Below, piece by piece: positions 59,969 through 64,000 of a stretch of DNA of 64,000 bases. The stretch comes from Pseudomonadota bacterium (GTDB lineage Bacteria > Pseudomonadota > Gammaproteobacteria > Acidiferrobacterales > Acidiferrobacteraceae), in assembly GCA_021777335.1 (NCBI GenBank), contig JAJYDT010000001.1, positions 13,295-77,294 of the forward strand. The letters are read 5' to 3'. Each line of letters starts with the position of its first letter. The first letter of the stretch is position 1. The notes beneath the pieces are model-generated. The model worked only from the letters and a program-made list of their open reading frames with translations, made no database searches and was not told where the DNA came from. The position numbers and the translations under genes were made by a program.

Positions 59969-60727
59969 ATGCTGTCGCCTGAGCAGACAAGACGATTCCA
60001 GGACGAAGGCTACCTCATCCTTCGGGGCTTTGCCGACGCTGCGACGGTGCAGGGTATCCGCGCTGCGGCGGAACACGAACTGGTCCGCGCCGTGGGCCCG
60101 GTGGAGTACGAAGCCGACGTCCATTACCCGGGAGCGCCCTCTTCGCGGGAAGCAGAAGGGGGGCGGACGGTCCGTCGCCTGCTCGATGCCTTGGGCCGCC
60201 ATCCGCTGTTTCGCGCATGGGGGTGTTCGCCCGGCTTGGTGTCATCGGTAGCATCCCTGCTTCCCGCCCCACCGGTGCTGGTGCAGGCGCACCACAACTG
60301 TGTGATGACAAAGCAGCCCCGGTTCAGCAGCGAGACCGGGTGGCACCAGGATATTCGTTACTGGGCCTATGAGCAGCCGGAGCTTGTGACCGCGTGGCTT
60401 GCCCTGACCCCGGAGCGCCACGAGAACGGATGCCTGCGTCTGCTCCCCGGTAGTCACCGGCGCCCGCTTGGCGCTGCGCAACTTGATGAACGGCTGTTTC
60501 TGCGCACAGAGGGGCCGCAGGTGCAGGCCTGGCTTGATCAGCAGGAATCAGCCTGCCTTGCGCCAGGCGACCTTCTGTTGTTCCACGCGCTCACGTTGCA
60601 TTCCGCCGGCCGGAACGAAACCGCTCACACCAAGCTCTCGCTGGTATTCACCTATAAAGGCAGGGACAATAAGCCGCTGCCCGGCAGTCGCTCCTCGGCG
60701 CGCCCCGAGGTGCCGCTTGCGGTCTGA
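59969..60727 (+). CDS. phytanoyl-CoA dioxygenase (PhyH) family Fe(II)/2-oxoglutarate oxygenase
   Basis: LSPEQTRRFQDEGYLILRGF, the HQDIRYW (HxD) motif, and a distal HSAGRN. Start is ATG 59969. Confidence 0.75.
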   Translation: MLSPEQTRRFQDEGYLILRGFADAATVQGIRAAAEHELVRAVGPVEYEADVHYPGAPSSREAEGGRTVRRLLDALGRHPLFRAWGCSPGLVSSVASLLPAPPVLVQAHHNCVMTKQPRFSSETGWHQDIRYWAYEQPELVTAWLALTPERHENGCLRLLPGSHRRPLGAAQLDERLFLRTEGPQVQAWLDQQESACLAPGDLLLFHALTLHSAGRNETAHTKLSLVFTYKGRDNKPLPGSRSSARPEVPLAV

Positions 60728-60775
60728 TGTGATGGCGCAGTCGGTCCACGATGCATAGAACGGGAACTCGCGACC

Positions 60776-61444
60776 ATGACACAGGACGACATGAAAAAGG
60801 AGGCGGCGCGCGCGGCGCTTGAGTTTGTGCGCGCCGGCACCGTGATCGGGGTTGGCACGGGATCCACCGCCAACCATTTTATTGATCTTCTTCCAACGGT
60901 GCGCGGCCGGGTAGACGCCGCGGTGGCAAGCTCGGAGGCGAGTGCTGCGCGCCTGAAAGAGCGTGGTATCGATGTGGTTGAACTCAATCAGGCTGGCACG
61001 CTCTCGGTCTATGTCGACGGTGCGGATGAGGCGACGCGGAATCTTGCGCTTATCAAGGGTGGCGGGGGTGCGCTCACGCGGGAGAAGATCGTTGCAGCCG
61101 CCAGTCATACGTTTGTGTGCATCGCAGACGAGCGCAAGCTCGTAGACGTGCTCGGCCGGTTCCCGTTGCCACTTGAGGTGATCCCGATGGCGCGCAGCTA
61201 TGTGGCGCGCGAGATCGTCGCGCTGGGTGGCGAGCCGGTTCTGCGTCAGGGATTCACGACGGACAATGGCAATATGATCCTTGATGTGCATGGACTGACG
61301 ATCCTTGAACCCGCCCGGCTCGAGGAGACCCTCGACCACATCGCCGGTGTCGTGACGAACGGCCTGTTCGCAAGGCGGGGCGCAGACGTACTGCTCGTCG
61401 GCACGGCGTCAGGAGTCAGACGCATCGACCGCGCCGGTGTCTGA
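60776..61444 (+). CDS. rpiA: ribose-5-phosphate isomerase A
   Basis: [12 protein letters not shown]...[14 protein letters not shown]...YVDGADE...[11 protein letters not shown]. 222 aa. Confidence 0.95.
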   Translation: MTQDDMKKEAARAALEFVRAGTVIGVGTGSTANHFIDLLPTVRGRVDAAVASSEASAARLKERGIDVVELNQAGTLSVYVDGADEATRNLALIKGGGGALTREKIVAAASHTFVCIADERKLVDVLGRFPLPLEVIPMARSYVAREIVALGGEPVLRQGFTTDNGNMILDVHGLTILEPARLEETLDHIAGVVTNGLFARRGADVLLVGTASGVRRIDRAGV

Positions 61445-61550
61445 CCGCCAGGATTTTCCTCGTTTTCAAGCCCGGTATTTGCGCCCTGGGGGGTCGGGAG
61501 CGGATACAGAGGTCCGATAGGCCTCGCGATCAGCGGGAGGAAATCAGGAA

Positions 61551-62396
61551 ATGTTCGCAATGGTCCATGGGGGCGCCGGCCGTTATCTGCCCGAAGAGAC
61601 GCCGATGATCCTTGAAGGATGCCGGGCAGGAGTGGGTGTCGCATGGGGTCTGCTCTCAGGCGGTGCTTCCGCGCTTGACGCGGTGGAGGGCGCTGTGCGT
61701 GTGCTTGAAGATAACCCGCTATTCAACGCCGGCACGGGTTCTGTATTGAATGCCGATGGCATCATTGAGATGGATGCCTCGATCATGGAGGGCCGCACCC
61801 TGCGGGCAGGCGCGGTCGCAAACGTAAGACGCGTGCGCAATCCGGTGTCGGTGGCACGAAAGGTCCTTGAGGAGGGACGTCACGTCCTGCTCGCAGGTGA
61901 CGGCGCGATGCGGTTTGCGCGCGCCTGTGGCATTCCGGATTACCCGGAGGAACGGCTCGTGACAGAGCGTCAGGGGCGCCGCTGGGAGGCCCACCATGGA
62001 ACCGTCGGCGCGGTCGCGCTTGATGCATCGGGTGTACTTGCCGCGGCTACCTCCACCGGAGGTCTTTTTGGCAAGCGACCGGGCCGCATCGCGGATTCAG
62101 CGCTGATCGGCAGCGGGACCTACGCCGACAACGAGGTCGCAGTTTCGTGCACAGGTCTTGGCGAAGCGATCATCCGGACGGTTATGGCGCACCGGATAGC
62201 CTTCAACATGCACAGGAACGGCGATGCGCAACGCGCTGCGGAAGAGGCAGTGGCATATCTCGCAGCGCACACGGTGGCGGAGGCAGGCGTGATCGTGATC
62301 GGGGCCGACGGATGTTTCGGATACGCCCATTCCACGCCTGACATGCCGGTCGGCTGGTACTCGGCAGCTGGGGTGACGACCGCGATGCGGTGTTGA
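61551..62396 (+). CDS. iaaA: isoaspartyl peptidase / L-asparaginase (Ntn hydrolase)
   Basis: HGGAG...FNAGTGSVLN...HGTVGAVALD autoprocessing site...GLGEAIIR. Confidence 0.85.
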   Translation: MFAMVHGGAGRYLPEETPMILEGCRAGVGVAWGLLSGGASALDAVEGAVRVLEDNPLFNAGTGSVLNADGIIEMDASIMEGRTLRAGAVANVRRVRNPVSVARKVLEEGRHVLLAGDGAMRFARACGIPDYPEERLVTERQGRRWEAHHGTVGAVALDASGVLAAATSTGGLFGKRPGRIADSALIGSGTYADNEVAVSCTGLGEAIIRTVMAHRIAFNMHRNGDAQRAAEEAVAYLAAHTVAEAGVIVIGADGCFGYAHSTPDMPVGWYSAAGVTTAMRC

Positions 62397-62423
62397 AGGG
62401 TCCGGCGCTGCTCCTCCGGGCGC

Positions 62424-62888
62424 CTAGGGATTGCTGATCGCCTTGGTCGCAGCGGCAATGGCCGCCTTGATCACAGGTTCGGCAAACTGGATCAGAAGGT
62501 TTCCACCCGGGGCGGGGGACGCGAAAGCCTCCTGAACGTCAAGCTTGCGGTTGCGCCAGTAGGAAACCTCCTTGACCGGAACACCCCGCTGTTCATCCTG
62601 TCGTCCATCGAGATAGGCCGCTTCCAGCTCCCGCGTGAGCAGGCTGCGCCGGGCGCTTCGCGGGCGTCCCCGTCCGGCGAGCAGGATTCCGACAGCCGCA
62701 GAGATCCCGACTGCCACCCATGGGTTACGCCTCACCCAGGTGAGTGGCCGGCTGATCTGCTGCTCGGCGTCGTCAAGCGTCCGTTGCAGTCGGTCACCAA
62801 TGGCATCGAGCGTGTCGCTGAGCTCGCGGCGATGGAATTCCGCCTGTTTCCTGGCGTCCTCGGACGAATATGACGCGGATTCACTCAT
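62424..62888 (-). CDS. membrane-anchored coiled-coil protein (third gene of yqjD/yqjE-like module)
   Basis: Start re-picked to ATG 62888 (MSESASYSSEDARKQAEF...). One TM segment (WVAVGISAAVGILLA). Overlaps the upstream gene by 4 nt. Confidence 0.6.
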   Translation of the reverse strand: MSESASYSSEDARKQAEFHRRELSDTLDAIGDRLQRTLDDAEQQISRPLTWVRRNPWVAVGISAAVGILLAGRGRPRSARRSLLTRELEAAYLDGRQDEQRGVPVKEVSYWRNRKLDVQEAFASPAPGGNLLIQFAEPVIKAAIAAATKAISNP

Positions 62889-63325
62889 CGGTCGACTACC
62901 TCTTTTAGCCTCGAATATCCCTTGTGCACAAGGTTCTTGTTGTTTGCGACCGCATGCCTTGTCGTTGGCAGGTCCGCGTGTTCGCCGATACGCCGGGCGT
63001 GCCACGCCGCCATCATCCCGCCTGCGACGGTGAGTATCACGCCGATGATCAACGCGCTGATCCAGTACCCGGAAGGATCGGTTCCGTCAATCAGCTGGCC
63101 GAGCATAATGATCAGAAACGCCGTCAGGCTCAGGATGCCGAGCAGCGCCACGCCGCTGTAGATCGCCGTCTTGACGGCGTCAATGATCATGGCGCGCGTG
63201 CTTTCCTGCACTTCGAGCTTTATCAGGTCCGCCTCGCTTTGTGCCAGCGCACCCGCTTCGGCTACAAGGGTTTTCACGAGATCCAGAATGCCGCGTTCTT
63301 CCGGCACAAGCAGGTCCGTTTCCAT
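62885..63325 (-). CDS. YqjE-like 'phage holin family' / DUF1469 membrane protein
   Basis: N-terminal amphipathic helix (LDLVKTLVAEAGALAQSEADLIKLEV) followed by two TM segments. 146 aa. Confidence 0.7.
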   Translation of the reverse strand: METDLLVPEERGILDLVKTLVAEAGALAQSEADLIKLEVQESTRAMIIDAVKTAIYSGVALLGILSLTAFLIIMLGQLIDGTDPSGYWISALIIGVILTVAGGMMAAWHARRIGEHADLPTTRHAVANNKNLVHKGYSRLKEVVDR

Positions 63326-63345
63326 ACGCAGAGGGAGCGCCGTGG

Positions 63346-63609
63346 TTAGTTGCGCCTCAAAAGACGCCCGAGAAGAATGCCGAGGCCCATGCCGATCAGG
63401 ACTGCGGTGACGGGCCGGTCCTTGATGCGGCGTTCGGTATCCCGGCGAATCGTGCTGAAATCGCTGCTCCCGAGATATCGCGCCAGCTCCCCGGTTGCCC
63501 GTGCTGCGGCACCCAGGTAACGCTGGATCTCAGATGTGGCATCTGCTGTGGACGAAACCGGGATTCGTCCCCCGTTTGACCGCGCTGTTTCCGGGATCAC
63601 TGTGGACAC
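63346..63609 (-). CDS. YqjD/ElaB-like (DUF883) tail-anchored protein
   Basis: 87 aa with a C-terminal TM segment (PVTAVLIGMGLGILLGRLL). GTG start preceded by GGGAGGA. Confidence 0.7.
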   Translation of the reverse strand: MSTVIPETARSNGGRIPVSSTADATSEIQRYLGAAARATGELARYLGSSDFSTIRRDTERRIKDRPVTAVLIGMGLGILLGRLLRRN

Positions 63610-64000
63610 GACGTTCCTCCCGCATTGGGTATGGCCAGCATATTCGGCCCATGGAGATTGGAAAATTAGACCAAGGTTGGAACAGTTGCGGCCGGTTGCC
63701 CCTTATTCCTGGCAATCCTTCGAGGCTGCGGATGGCCTCGGTACACGCCCCGGAAGGAAGCATTGCCGCGCAATGACGGGGCGCGTGCCTCTCAGGCGGA
63801 TCTTTGGTTACTGCACCTCGCAGCCTCGGGGCCGCGCAAGGGCAATTGCCACGCTGCCAGTCAGCACGACAAGCAGCAACCGTCATCGGGTGCATACCTG
63901 CGAACGGGCTGGGGTTCCATGTCAGCCGGACAACCGGTCAGGCCCGAATGCTGATCAGGAGCCGGCCGCGGATTCTGTCACCTTAATGACCGATCCACGA

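Noticed and set aside
63835-63851. Minus-strand TGGCAATTGCCCTTGCG as a possible sigma54 promoter for the yqjD-like operon
   Set aside because: The spacing between the GG and GC dinucleotides is 11 nt, one too many. It also lies more than 220 nt from the start codon.

Overview
High-GC, gene-dense chromosomal core segment with about 70 CDS on both strands. The synteny blocks are typical of Gammaproteobacteria: pstS-pstC-pstA...pstB-phoU; hemB; adk; a PFK / H+-pyrophosphatase pair; a complete arn (L-Ara4N lipid A modification) cluster with split arnA; bioB; ugd; moeA / moaB-moaC; amgK-murU divergent from lptD-surA-pdxA-rsmA; plsC-gmhB-glyS-glyQ; glnA-ntrB-ntrC with readable NtrC sites and a sigma54 promoter; ubiI-ubiH-pepP-ygfB; zapA-6S RNA-ygfA-EVE; ilvA; rpiA; iaaA; and a yqjD/yqjE-like membrane stress module. 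I found one ncRNA (6S). I found no rRNA, tRNA, CRISPR array, transposase, integrase, phage gene or recognisable defence island, so no textbook 'new system' stands out. The candidates for novelty are local: (1) adenylate kinase fused to a 126-aa histone-H1/AlgP-like Lys/Ala/Pro tail containing a 2 x 72-nt tandem duplication; (2) two uncharacterised genes, one a catalytically degenerate LMW-PTP/ArsC-like protein, that split pstA from pstB; (3) a 1170-aa single-chain fusion of GltD/NfnB-like and PyrK/NfnA-like redox modules plus an unknown N-terminal domain, just downstream of moaC; (4) the only AT-rich island of the window, carrying an unlisted 49-aa poly-basic ORF behind a long leader; (5) a PA2779/PA2778-type pair whose peptidase has no canonical start codon for its lipoprotein signal peptide; (6) a PP-loop ATPase-TusA-CDF operon; (7) an EVE-domain gene translationally coupled into the zapA-ssrS-ygfA operon. 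All family assignments were made by eye from motifs, length and synteny, with no searches run. Start codons were re-picked from the ORF track where indicated, and hairpin and RNA ends are approximate.
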